Source: Planctomycetota bacterium
GTDB taxonomy: Bacteria > Planctomycetota > SZUA-567 > H5-PLA8
Direction: 5' to 3'
NCBI GenBank assembly: GCA_038227875.1
Contig: JBBRPR010000004.1
Location: 32,001-96,000, forward strand
DNA length: 64,000 bases
Part shown: positions 1-10,300 of the stretch, one piece after another
Position numbering within the stretch: the stretch's first letter is position 1
Layout of the letters: each line of letters opens with the position of its first letter
The notes under the pieces: generated by a model
Database searches by the model: none
Told to the model about the DNA's origin: nothing
Seen by the model: only the letters and a program-made list of their open reading frames with translations
Program-made: the position numbers and the translations under genes

Positions 1-246
1 GTCGGCGTCCTTGGCCGATTTCTTCAAGTCGTCGATTGCTTTTTTGGCCTTGTCCAAAGTCACGTAACTGGGCGTAAAGTCTTTGGCGATACCGGCTACG
101 ATGGAATCCTTGGAGCTGGCCTTCTTGCTGGACGTGAGGTCGCGGACGTGGCCGAAGCTGGCTTTAACGACAAAGCCCTTCCCGAGGACCTTACTGATGG
201 TCTTGATCTTTCCGGGGGACTCCACGATCACAAGATTCTTACCCAC
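1..246 (-). CDS. topA: DNA topoisomerase I, N-terminal part (runs off window start)
   Basis: Manual translation from GTG at 246 gives [37 protein letters not shown]..., with the TOPRIM motifs VIVESP.K and GHVRDL. AAGAAGGGA RBS upstream. Confidence 0.93.
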   Translation of the reverse strand, partial: MGKNLVIVESPGKIKTISKVLGKGFVVKASFGHVRDLTSSKKASSKDSIVAGIAKDFTPSYVTLDKAKKAIDDLKKSAKDAD

Positions 247-316
247 GTCGTATCCCTTCTTTACTGTCTGGAACGCTGCCCCACTGAATTAGTGGGCACA
301 CGTAGCAAGCGGCGGA

Positions 317-346
317 CTTCTAGCAAAAATGATTTACCGAAGTCAA
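317..346 (-). promoter_or_regulatory. Candidate sigma70 promoter of topA
   Basis: Minus strand TTGACT-N18-TAGAAG with TGn before the -10 box. Confidence 0.35.
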
Positions 347-613
347 GAACTAAGTCGGCATTTAATTATTCGCACCCATAGAGAAATCTTTGCACAAGTG
401 CACAATCTACGATGTGCAGAAAGACGGCCTGGGGCATCCAAGGAGCCTAAATAGGTATGTTTTGGAGGCCGGCTTTTATTGCGCATTGCGGAGCACCGAT
501 TCCCAATTGCAATGGTTAACTCGGCCTCCGCAGGTCCGAAAGACAGATAGTGCAGCTGGGAACGATTCCCTATGGACACGGTCTGGTTTTAGTTCATTAT
601 CTGTCGGGTATAT

Positions 614-2839
614 ATGGCGATATCGCGCAAGCTGGTTGTCCGCTTATTCATGACCTTTGCCGCAGCCGCGGTCGGCATGGCTGTTTATGAGCTGCTCAAA
701 CAAACACTCTGGCCCGACATCTCGCTCTGGGAATCCCATACACTCACGGTTTTTTTCAGCGCGATGATCGCGCTGGTCGCGGCGTTTTACGTGCTGCGGC
801 AGGCGGAGATCCAGAACCAGCGCCTGGAAGCGGAACTCGCCGAGCGCGTCCGCATCGACGAACTGCTGCGTGTGCGCGAAGAGGACCTGCGCATCACGCT
901 CAATTCCATCGGCGATGCCGTCATCGCCACCAACACGGACGGACACGTCACGCGCATGAACGCGGTGGCCGAACGGCTCACGGGCTGGACGTTGGCCGAG
1001 GGCGCAGGACGGCCGCTCGAAGAGGTGTTCAAGATCCGGTCTGAAACCACCGGCGCGACGGTGGAGAACCCGGTGAAGAAAGTGCTGCGCGACGGCATCA
1101 TCGTCGGGCTGGCCAACCACACGGAGCTGGTGTCGAAGAGCGGATCGGTCGTGCCGATTGCCGACAGCGCGGCGCCGATCCGCGGACCCAACGGAATCTG
1201 CGGCGTGGTGCTGGTCTTCCGCGATCAGAGCGACGAGCGCAAGGCCGAGCAGCAGCTGGTGGAATCGGAGGCCCGCTGCCGCGCGCTGATTGAGCACGCG
1301 CCGGAAGCCATCGTGGTGCTCGACTGCGACACGGGAAAGTTCGACGACTGCAACACCAATGCGACGATGCTCTTCGGAATGACTCGCGAGACGCTGCTGA
1401 GCAAGGGGCCTCTGGAGCTCAGCCCGCCCACGCAGCCCAACGGCCGTTCGTCGGCGGAGTGGGCTCAGGAGAACATAGGCCAGGCATTGGCGGGAAAAGT
1501 TCCGGCGTTCGACTGGACGCACCGCACGGCGGACGGCAAGGACTTCGAGTGTGCGGTCCGCCTGATCAAGCTGCCGTCGGAAACGCGGCGGCTGGTGCGC
1601 GGCAGCATCACCGACGTGACGCAACTGCGCAAACTGCAGTCGCACGTCGAACAGTGGCAGAAAATCGAGAGCATCGGGCGGCTGGCCGGCGGCGTCGCGC
1701 ACGACTTCAATAATCTGCTGACGTCGATCACCGGCTTCGCGGAACTGGCTGGGATGAAATCCAAGGACCCCGCCGTCACGCATCATCTCGACCGCATCCT
1801 GGAAGCCTCGCACCGGGGCGCGGGGCTGACGCAACAACTGCTCGCCTTTGCCCGCAAAAAGATGGTGACGCCCGAACTACTCGACGTCAACCGGGTGCTC
1901 AAACGCATGGAGGCGATGCTGCAGCGGCTGATCGGCGAGGACATCGACCTGTCGATCAAGCCCGCGGCGGAACTGGGCACCGTGAACATCGACGCCGGGA
2001 GCCTGGAGCAGGTGATCATGAACCTGGCGGTCAACGCGCGCGACGCGATGCCGCGCGGCGGCACGCTGACGATGGAGACGGTCGTCGAAGAACTCGACGC
2101 CGACTACACGGCCGCCAATCCGGAAGTGGTGCCGGGGACGTACGTGCGGCTGGCGGTAAGCGATTCCGGGTCGGGTATGTCGAAGGAGACGCTGGGCCGG
2201 ATTTTCGAGCCGTTCTTCACCACCAAGCCCGTGGGCAAGGGGACGGGATTGGGGCTGGCGACCTGCCATGGCATCGTCAAGCAGGCCGGAGGCCACATCG
2301 CCGTCTACAGCGAAGTGGGCCGCGGCACGGCGATCAAGATCTACCTGCCGCGCCACGCCGCCGCCGCCGTTTCCGCCCCGGCTCAGACGGCCGAAGCACT
2401 TCAGCACAAAGCCGGTTCAGAGACACTGCTGGTGGTCGAAGACGACCCGCTGATCCGCGAGTACGTCGGAGAATTGCTGCAGGGCGTCGGCTACGACGTG
2501 ATTGTCGCCGCCGATGGCCCCAAGGCGCTGCACAAAGCTGCCGCAGCCGGTCGGCCGCTTCACCTGATGCTGACGGACGTGGTGATGCCCGGGATGAGCG
2601 GCAGTCAGCTCGCGGAGAAGATGGTGGAGCTCTACCCGAATCTGATTGTGCTCTACAGTTCCGGCTACACCAACGACGCGATCGTGCGGCACGGAGTATT
2701 GCAGGACAACGTGAATTTCATTCAGAAGCCGTACAACGCCGCCGCGCTGACGCAGCGGATCCGCAAGCTGTTGGACGAGCGCGCGACGGCGTTGGGCGAA
2801 CGGTCGTTGGCCGGTCCGGGGGGAGAGCGGAAGGACTGA
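614..2839 (+). CDS. Hybrid sensor histidine kinase (2 TM, 2 PAS, HisKA, HATPase, receiver; CckA-like)
   Basis: H-box AHDFNNLL, FEPFFTTK..GKGTGLGL and C-terminal receiver VVEDD...TDVVMP...KP. Confidence 0.92.
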   Translation: MAISRKLVVRLFMTFAAAAVGMAVYELLKQTLWPDISLWESHTLTVFFSAMIALVAAFYVLRQAEIQNQRLEAELAERVRIDELLRVREEDLRITLNSIGDAVIATNTDGHVTRMNAVAERLTGWTLAEGAGRPLEEVFKIRSETTGATVENPVKKVLRDGIIVGLANHTELVSKSGSVVPIADSAAPIRGPNGICGVVLVFRDQSDERKAEQQLVESEARCRALIEHAPEAIVVLDCDTGKFDDCNTNATMLFGMTRETLLSKGPLELSPPTQPNGRSSAEWAQENIGQALAGKVPAFDWTHRTADGKDFECAVRLIKLPSETRRLVRGSITDVTQLRKLQSHVEQWQKIESIGRLAGGVAHDFNNLLTSITGFAELAGMKSKDPAVTHHLDRILEASHRGAGLTQQLLAFARKKMVTPELLDVNRVLKRMEAMLQRLIGEDIDLSIKPAAELGTVNIDAGSLEQVIMNLAVNARDAMPRGGTLTMETVVEELDADYTAANPEVVPGTYVRLAVSDSGSGMSKETLGRIFEPFFTTKPVGKGTGLGLATCHGIVKQAGGHIAVYSEVGRGTAIKIYLPRHAAAAVSAPAQTAEALQHKAGSETLLVVEDDPLIREYVGELLQGVGYDVIVAADGPKALHKAAAAGRPLHLMLTDVVMPGMSGSQLAEKMVELYPNLIVLYSSGYTNDAIVRHGVLQDNVNFIQKPYNAAALTQRIRKLLDERATALGERSLAGPGGERKD

Positions 2840-2854
2840 GTGGATGCACCGAAC

Positions 2855-5416
2855 TCAGGGTGCCTTCACCACCTTCGCCAATTTCCCCTTCAACAACGCT
2901 TTGCTAACGGTGAATTCCACGGACGCATTGGCACTGAACGAACCATTCTGCCGATAGATCGCCAACGGTAAATCCTGCTTGCCTGACGGAGTGGAAGAGG
3001 AGAGCGGAAAGCCGCTTTGCAGCAGCGCAGCACCGAGCGTGCTTTTGGCCAGCGTCACGGTGAATTTCGAGATGCCGTTTTTGGGTGCGCTGATTGAAAA
3101 TTTGTCCTTGGAGCTGGACGTCGATTTTCCTTTCCCGTCGACAACGAACGAGCGCACGATGGCTCCACTGTCGCCGATCGCCACCACGATGGCCTGCTTG
3201 GCGCTCAAGCGGCCGAAGTCTTCGATCTCTCCGCTGAACGAAAGCGTGTCATTGCTGGATGGCGTGGTGCCGACGTTGATTCCGGCTTTCAGCGTCTTGA
3301 CGGTGAATGTGCCGGACGGAGCGAGAGGGTCGATCGTAAAACCCAACTGGGAATCGGCCAGCGCGGCGGCTGTTACCTGATCGTTCAGACCGTCGCCGTC
3401 GCCATCGGGAATCTGGAGCGAGCCGTCGGCGGCGATGATAAAACGCTGCCGGTTGAGCGCCGGCAGGTGCCGCAGGTCGCCTTCGTAGCCGGAGAGTAAT
3501 TCGTACGCGCCGGGCGGCAGCACCGGGGTCTCAAAGCGAGCCATGCTGCGAATGCCGTCCGCCAGCGGATTGAGCACCACGCCTGTCAACACCTGCTCGG
3601 TTGCGTCGGGCTTTTTGATTTTTAAGGCGACCGTGCCGAACGGTGAGCCCGGATTGCTCAGCAGCGGATTGTTCACCACGAAAAGATCTTCCTTGAGCGT
3701 GAACGGCAGCGTGGTGGTGAGGACGTCGTTCTGGCGGCTGAAGCGGATGACGGTCGGCCAGCGCCCGACATTGACGGTGATCTGGTTCGAGACGCTGGGG
3801 CGTAAAATGGCGTTGCCGGAGTAGGCGGTCTGATATGTATAGGTGCCTTCCACGCGGTTCTCAAACAAGGTCGTGTCGCCGTTGGGAAGCACGACCGGCT
3901 GCGGAGCCTGATTGTTTTGCAGGCCCGCGGGCAACGGGACGACAAGCTGGTACTGATGCGTACCCCCGACGCAATCGAGAACCGGCGTGGTGCGCGCTTT
4001 GATCGTGTAGGTGAAACCGGCGGGCGCGAAGAGGGGACCGGTGAGCGTTGTTTTCGATGGTTTCTTTTGGGAATCGGGGGTTACCGGTATGGGGTTGCCG
4101 CCACCGCCCCCGCCGGGGCCTTTGCCGCCGCCCTTAAAGAAGGCGGAGATGGAATTTTTGCGCGTGCCGTCGCCTTTGTAGCTGATGCTGACCGTCGCAC
4201 CGCCGCCGCCCAGCAGCGGGACCGATTTGCCTTCGCTGGCATTGCCGAAGGTGTCCCCAAATTCCGCGGTGCCGGTGGTCTTCAAAAATACAATCTTGTC
4301 GTTGGGATTGAGCGTGCCGCGCGGAAAAACGCTGGCGCCGGTGAGGTTCGCATCGTTGACTTCGATCGGCACCGTGAAGTCTTTCATCAGTCGCGGTGAG
4401 AAGACCGAGTCCGGCTTGAAATCCAGCAGGCCGTTGCAGGTCAGTGACTTGTCCACAAACAGCGCCGCCGACGGTCCCACGGTCAGGCTGGTGCACGAAC
4501 CGGCAAAGACGTTGAACACGGCGCTCCGGCCCAGCGTGATGGCCGTCTCCGTGCCGGTGAAGGTGTTGCTGGTGACCGAGCCGCTGTCGATGAAGAACGC
4601 GCAGGCGCCGTTGATCGTCGTATTGAGCGTGTAGCCGGCATCTCCGATTTTTCGAATCCGCGATCCGTTCAAGGCATTGAACGTGCCGCTATAGGAATTG
4701 GCGCGGCCGTTGGCCGGAAGGACGGACGCAGTGCCGATGGTCAGTGTGCGGACATCCAGGTCGACGGCTCCGCTGCCGATCAGCGTGCCGCAGGTGACGT
4801 CCGCGTTCAAGACCAGGCGCCCCTGCGAGATGTTGACCACCGCGGTAGGCGGAACGGCCAGCGGAGAAACAATGCGCACGGAATCGGTGGCGGTGGAGAT
4901 GCCCAATTGAAGAAATCCCGTGAACTTGTTTCCGCCAAACGCATCGAGGCCGTTCAATTCGTACGAACCGCCCGTCTGCGACTGCAGAAACACGTTGCAG
5001 ACGCCGCTCGGTCCATCGTTGATGGGACCGCTGATATCGATCAGGACGCCGGCCGTGTTGAAAAACGCGAGTTGCCCGTTGGACGAGAGAGGCATGTTCA
5101 GTTCAATGCGGCCCTGGGCTCCGCCAAACTGGGCGCAATCGATCTGATCGGTGACAATTTCATTGCCTTGGAGGATGAGATTCTTGCAATGGATATAGAG
5201 TCGGTGAAATTGCTTTGCCGGCAGATCGTTGGTGAGCGTTTGGTCATCCGCGGCCTGCGGAAACATCAGGTCGGCACCGTCTATAGGTACCTTGTCGTCG
5301 AGCCAATTGAGCGCGTTGGAGAATTTAGTGTCGCCACCGCCCCCATCCCAGGTCGATGCGTACAGCGAACCGCCCAAGCAGGCCGTAAACAGCAGGACCA
5401 CATAAAATCGTGACAT
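2855..5416 (-). CDS. Secreted protein: autotransporter-passenger-like N-terminus, Ig-like domains, DxDxDG motif, Lys-rich C-terminal domain
   Basis: Signal peptide MSRFYVVLL..SLYA, then STWDGGG..FSNALNW. Ig-like YSGN/YEGD strands, PDGDGDGLND. Start placed at ATG 5416. Confidence 0.75.
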   Translation of the reverse strand: MSRFYVVLLFTACLGGSLYASTWDGGGGDTKFSNALNWLDDKVPIDGADLMFPQAADDQTLTNDLPAKQFHRLYIHCKNLILQGNEIVTDQIDCAQFGGAQGRIELNMPLSSNGQLAFFNTAGVLIDISGPINDGPSGVCNVFLQSQTGGSYELNGLDAFGGNKFTGFLQLGISTATDSVRIVSPLAVPPTAVVNISQGRLVLNADVTCGTLIGSGAVDLDVRTLTIGTASVLPANGRANSYSGTFNALNGSRIRKIGDAGYTLNTTINGACAFFIDSGSVTSNTFTGTETAITLGRSAVFNVFAGSCTSLTVGPSAALFVDKSLTCNGLLDFKPDSVFSPRLMKDFTVPIEVNDANLTGASVFPRGTLNPNDKIVFLKTTGTAEFGDTFGNASEGKSVPLLGGGGATVSISYKGDGTRKNSISAFFKGGGKGPGGGGGGNPIPVTPDSQKKPSKTTLTGPLFAPAGFTYTIKARTTPVLDCVGGTHQYQLVVPLPAGLQNNQAPQPVVLPNGDTTLFENRVEGTYTYQTAYSGNAILRPSVSNQITVNVGRWPTVIRFSRQNDVLTTTLPFTLKEDLFVVNNPLLSNPGSPFGTVALKIKKPDATEQVLTGVVLNPLADGIRSMARFETPVLPPGAYELLSGYEGDLRHLPALNRQRFIIAADGSLQIPDGDGDGLNDQVTAAALADSQLGFTIDPLAPSGTFTVKTLKAGINVGTTPSSNDTLSFSGEIEDFGRLSAKQAIVVAIGDSGAIVRSFVVDGKGKSTSSSKDKFSISAPKNGISKFTVTLAKSTLGAALLQSGFPLSSSTPSGKQDLPLAIYRQNGSFSANASVEFTVSKALLKGKLAKVVKAP

Positions 5417-5606
5417 CGCCTTTGCCCCTCGCAATTTTCAGGTGAGATAACGAGACTTTGGCCGCGCCTGATTTTGTATTACTTTAGGAATCGCCATCCC
5501 ATTTACCATCTAATTTCATCGGCGAAAAAATCACTAATGCGTTCCGCGCCCTGTTCGGTAACATGAGTTCTCGGTTATCGTGAGACTCGATCGGGAAGCT
5601 TATTTT

Positions 5607-6452
5607 ATGTACAGCCGCCTGTTGATATGGATCACCTTACTCCTGTTTTCATACTCTGGCGTCCACGCGGAGACGATCGAGCTTGCCGCCGAAGACGACG
5701 CCGCGCCGTGGTCGCAGAAAGACGGCAGTGGTTACGCCAACGAAGTCGTCGTCGCCGCGTATAAGGCCGTCGGCATCGATGCCAAATTGCTGGTGATGCC
5801 TTACGCCCGTTGCAAACACATGGTCGTCGAAGGGGAAATCGCCGGCTGCTTCAGCATGGCGAAACTTCCCGAACTGGAAAAGACCGTCGCGTTCCCCGAC
5901 ACGCCGCTGTTTGTCTGCTACTCCGACTATTTTCAGAACGTGAACAAACCCATCGTGGCAAGACCTGTCGGTGCTCCCACCACTACCGCGACCGCGGCCA
6001 GTCTGCCGAAGGGTTCGCGCGTGGGGGCTGTCGAAGGCTACGAGTACCCCGCGGCGGTCTACGCGATGAAGGATGCGGGCGCAATCGTGATGGAAAATTG
6101 TGCATCCGAGGAGCTTAATCTGAAGAAACTGGCGGAGAGCCATCTCGACGCGGCGCTGATCAACTACAACGAAACAAAGCCCGAGGAATTTCTAATGATC
6201 AAAGCCGGCGTGACGGGAAAAGTCGAGGTGGCCTTCCACGCGGGCGCAATCGATGTGTTCATCGGCTTCAGCCGCAAGCACGCGCAGGGTCCGCGGGCGC
6301 TGGAAAAATACAACGCCGGCATGAAGCTGATTTCGGAAGACGGTACGCTGAAAGCCATCGAGAAAAAATGGGTGGAAATTGCCCGCAAGGACAGCGAGCA
6401 GCTCAAGAATAAATCACCCGCACCAGCCGATCAGAAGGCGGCGCAGCCTTGA
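5607..6452 (+). CDS. Extracytoplasmic solute-binding protein (family 3-like)
   Basis: Signal peptide, EDDAAPWS..G.G...EVV..A, MPYAR and VG.VEGYEY. Confidence 0.8.
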   Translation: MYSRLLIWITLLLFSYSGVHAETIELAAEDDAAPWSQKDGSGYANEVVVAAYKAVGIDAKLLVMPYARCKHMVVEGEIAGCFSMAKLPELEKTVAFPDTPLFVCYSDYFQNVNKPIVARPVGAPTTTATAASLPKGSRVGAVEGYEYPAAVYAMKDAGAIVMENCASEELNLKKLAESHLDAALINYNETKPEEFLMIKAGVTGKVEVAFHAGAIDVFIGFSRKHAQGPRALEKYNAGMKLISEDGTLKAIEKKWVEIARKDSEQLKNKSPAPADQKAAQP

Positions 6453-6571
6453 GGGGAAGGGCGGTATTGGGCATTTTTTTTTGGTCATTTAAGGAGAGCG
6501 GTGACCCTTTGCCAACCGCGCGTCCCGGTATAGGCTTATACCCGCCTTCCCTAAGGCTTAAATCCCGCTCC

Positions 6572-7207
6572 CTATTTATGTCTATTCTTGATGGCAAGAT
6601 ATGTTGCTATAGCGGTACGGAAATGAGTGTTCGGAGTTTGGATACTAAAATTACTGGCTTCGCCGGATCCGCCGACGAGTGGGGAATCAATTGGGGCATA
6701 GTGGCTCCCAAAAGGCAGTGCTCCCAATCGTTGCTGAACAGTGTTTAATCGATGGGGATCGGTAACTCCATCGGAGGTAGAAAGGATATTTGTGTAGAGT
6801 TCATCAAAATTATCAGATAGAACAAAAATTTCGTTTGTATCAACGATGTATAAAACTGCACGAACTATCTTATTTACAAAACGAAATCCAATTTGTTCGC
6901 CGAAGCATGTTTCGGCGAAGAACAGTGGACGCCCCTGATTCCATGCGGGCATCACATCCTTCCAAAAATCCTTTTTGTTCCAATCAATTAAGCTGTCGCG
7001 AGCATTGTCTTCGCCAGTGCCGAAAAAGTAGAGTTCTTTCTTTCCAAAATAACCGCAACCGAAGGTGTTCCAAAATTCAAGCAAGAGCTTTGGGGAGGGA
7101 ATCCCGAATTCCGCTGCGATTCTCGTCTCCATTTGCTGAGCAATTACTGGAAAGTGTGTGGTCTGTGGAAACGCATTTTTAAATCGATCAAACGCAGGAT
7201 TGGTCAT
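6572..7207 (-). CDS. SMI1/KNR4-GAD-like plus DUF1851-like (Tdi1-type) immunity protein, low GC
   Basis: P..LLEFW..FG.GYF and FAETCFGEQ, with C-terminal LG.L..G..Y....PLVGG....NF......H. AT-rich relative to flanks. Confidence 0.6.
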   Translation of the reverse strand: MTNPAFDRFKNAFPQTTHFPVIAQQMETRIAAEFGIPSPKLLLEFWNTFGCGYFGKKELYFFGTGEDNARDSLIDWNKKDFWKDVMPAWNQGRPLFFAETCFGEQIGFRFVNKIVRAVLYIVDTNEIFVLSDNFDELYTNILSTSDGVTDPHRLNTVQQRLGALPFGSHYAPIDSPLVGGSGEASNFSIQTPNTHFRTAIATYLAIKNRHK

Positions 7208-7288
7208 TTTCTCGTATTACCCATAGCGGTGCGGTTTAGCAAGCGCCTCGTCGCGGACGTGTTGTTTGAAAGGTAGACTTGTTATTTA

Positions 7289-7308
7289 TTAGGGTATACT
7301 TAGGGTAT
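7289..7308 (+). promoter_or_regulatory. TTAGGGTAT direct repeat x2, 11-bp period, upstream of dnaE2
   Basis: Exact copies at 7289-7297 and 7300-7308. Confidence 0.4.
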
Positions 7309-7364
7309 GGTAGTTGGCTTGGCAAGCGGGCCGGGGCGCGACACCCGGCCTGCGAAAGGCTCCC

Positions 7365-10300
7365 GTGTACGCCGAACTGCATTGCAAAACTCACTTCTCG
7401 TTTCTCGAGGGCGCGTCGTTTCCGGATGAGCTCGTCGACCGGGCCGCCGAGCTGGAACTTGCGGCGCTGGCGGTGACGGATCGCAATTCGCTCGCCGGCG
7501 TCGTCAAGGCGCATACGGCGGCGAAGGAGCGCAACGTCAAGCTGCTGATCGGCGCGGAGATCCGGCCGACGGATGCGCCGCCGATCCTCCTTTACGCCAC
7601 CGACCGCGCCGCGTACGGGCGGCTGTCGCAGCTGATCACGGTCGGGCGGCGGCGCGCGGAGAAAGGCGAATGCGAGCTGACGGCCGCCGACATCGCCGCT
7701 CACGCGACGGGATTGATCGGGGTCGCGGTTCCGCCATCCACCTGTGACGGAAACGGCGGCGCTGACGCGGCTTCGCGACTGGCGCTTTACCGCGACGCGT
7801 TTGCCGGTCGGTTGTTCGTCGCGGCGGAAGTGCATCTCGGACACGACGACGCGGGGAAACTCGCGGCAACCAAAGCGTTCGCGGCGCAGCTTGGTGCGCG
7901 GCTGGTCGCGTGCAACGACGTTCATTACCACAACTCGCCGCGCCGGATTCTGCAGGACGTGCTGGTCTGCACGCGGGAAGGCGTGTCCATTCACGAGGCG
8001 GGGACGCGGCTGTTTCCCAACGCGGAACGTCGCCTGAAATCGGCGGCGGAAATGCGGGCGCTTTTTCAACGGCACGCGGAGGTCCTGCTGCCGGAATCGC
8101 CGGATGTGCTGCTGGAACGATCGCTCGAGATCGCCGGCGGCTGCTCGTTTTCACTCGACGAACTGCGCTACGAATACCCGCATGAACTCACCCCGCCGGG
8201 CGTGACGTTGACGGACTATTTGAATCAGCTTACCTGGGACGGAGCGAAAAAATTCTGGCCCCACGGCATCCCGGAAATAGTCCGCAAGCAGCTCAACCAC
8301 GAACTGGCACTGATCGCGGAGCTTCATTACGAAGCGTATTTTCTGACGGTCTGGGACCTGGTCGCGTTTGCGCGCGCGCGGGGAATTCTCTGCCAGGGGC
8401 GCGGGTCGGCGGCGAATTCGGCCGTCTGCTACGCGCTGGGCATCACCTCGGTCGATCCGGAACGCAGCGATGTGCTCTTCGAGCGCTTCATCAGCCGCGA
8501 ACGCGCGGAGGCGCCGGACATCGACGTCGATTTCGAACACGAACGGCGCGAAGAGGTGATGCAGTACGTTTACGCCAAGTACGGCCGCGACCGCGCGGGC
8601 ATCGTCGCGGAAGTGATCTGCTACCGTCCGAAGTCGGCAGTGCGCGACGTGGGCAAGGCGCTGGGCTTGCCGCTGGACCGCATCGACCAGGTCTCCGCGG
8701 TGCTCGACCCGTATGAGTCCGGCGAGAAAATCGCGGCGAGACTGGCGGAAAGCGGGTTGGATCCCAACGAGCCGACCACGCGCACGCTGATCGCGCTCAG
8801 CCGCGAACTGCTGGGCTTTCCGCGCCATCTGTCGCAGCACGTCGGCGGCTTCGTGATCACGCGCGGGCCGCTCTCCGAGCTGGTCCCGATCGAGAACGCA
8901 TCGATGGCCGACCGCACGGTGATCGAATGGGACAAGGACGACATCGACGCGCTGGGCATTCTGAAAGTCGACTGCCTGGCGCTGGGGATGCTGACGTGTA
9001 TTCACCGCTGCTTCGAGCTGGTGAATTCCGACGTGGCGAAGGCGGAGTACGTGCCCAATTCCGTGAACTTCGCGCCGGCAGATTCCATCCACAAAACGCA
9101 AATCGTCCCGCGGCCGCTGGCGTTGACGGATATTCCGGCGGAGGACCCGCTGGTCTACGAGATGAGCAGCCGGGCCGACACGGTGGGCGTCTTCCAGATC
9201 GAAAGCCGGGCGCAGATGTCGATGCTGCCGCGCTTGAAGCCGCGCTGTTTTTACGACCTGGTGATCGAAGTGTCGATTGTGCGGCCGGGGCCGATCCAGG
9301 GCGGGATGGTCCATCCGTATCTGCGGCGGCGCAACGGCGAGGAGCCGGTCACGTTTCCCAATGAGACGATCCGCGCGGTGCTGCAGAAGACGCTGGGCGT
9401 GCCGTTGTTTCAGGAGCAGGTGATGCGGCTGGCGATGGTGGCGGCGGGATTTTCGCCCGGCGAAGCCGACCAGTTGCGGCGCGCGATGGGCGCGTGGCGG
9501 CGGCCGGGCGTGATCGACCGCCTGCGCGAAAAGATGCTCCACGGGATGCTCGCCAACGGTTACCCGGCCAGTTACGCCGAACAACTGTTCGACCAGATCC
9601 GCGGTTTCGGTGAGTATGGATTTCCCGAGAGCCATGCGGCCAGTTTCGCGCTGCTGGTCTACGCGTCGGCGTGGTTGAAGCTGTATTACCCCGCCGCGTT
9701 TTTGACGGCACTGCTCAACAGCCAGCCCATGGGATTTTACGCGCCGGCGCAGTTGATCCGCGACGCGGTGAATCACGGCGTCACGGTCCATCCCGTCGAC
9801 GTCAACCACAGCCAGTGGGACTCGTCGCTGGAGCCTGGCAACGCCGTGCGCCTGGGCTTTAGGTTGGTGCGCGGTCTGTCGGAGCTCAAAGATGTCGCGC
9901 CGCTGCTGGCCGCACGGACGACGCCCTTCCGGACGCTCGAGGATTTTGCGCGGCGGTCCGGACTGTCGAAGGCGGTGCTCTCGCGCCTGGCGGCGGCCGA
10001 TGTCTTCCGCTCGCTGCAGATCGACCGGCGCACCGCGTTGTGGAGCGTGCTGGCGCTGGAAGAAGAGCTCCCGCTCTTCCGCGGCATCGACGTCGAGGAA
10101 CCCGCGCCGTCGCTGGAAGCGATGCCGCTGCGCGAACACATCTCAGAAGACTACCACGCCACGGGCCTCTCGCTGAAGTCGCATCCGCTGGCGCTGATGC
10201 GTGCGGGCTTGAGCAACGTGCGGGTGCGGACGTGCGCGGAGCTCGCGGAGATTCAGGCCAACACGTTCGTTCGCGTGGCCGGCGTGGTGCTCGTCCGCCA

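Noticed and set aside
8151..10139. Long antisense ORFs (662 aa here; also 54974-56809, 16642-18048, 34303-35670)
   Set aside because: They lie opposite well-supported genes, have no motifs, and are expected shadows of high-GC codon usage.
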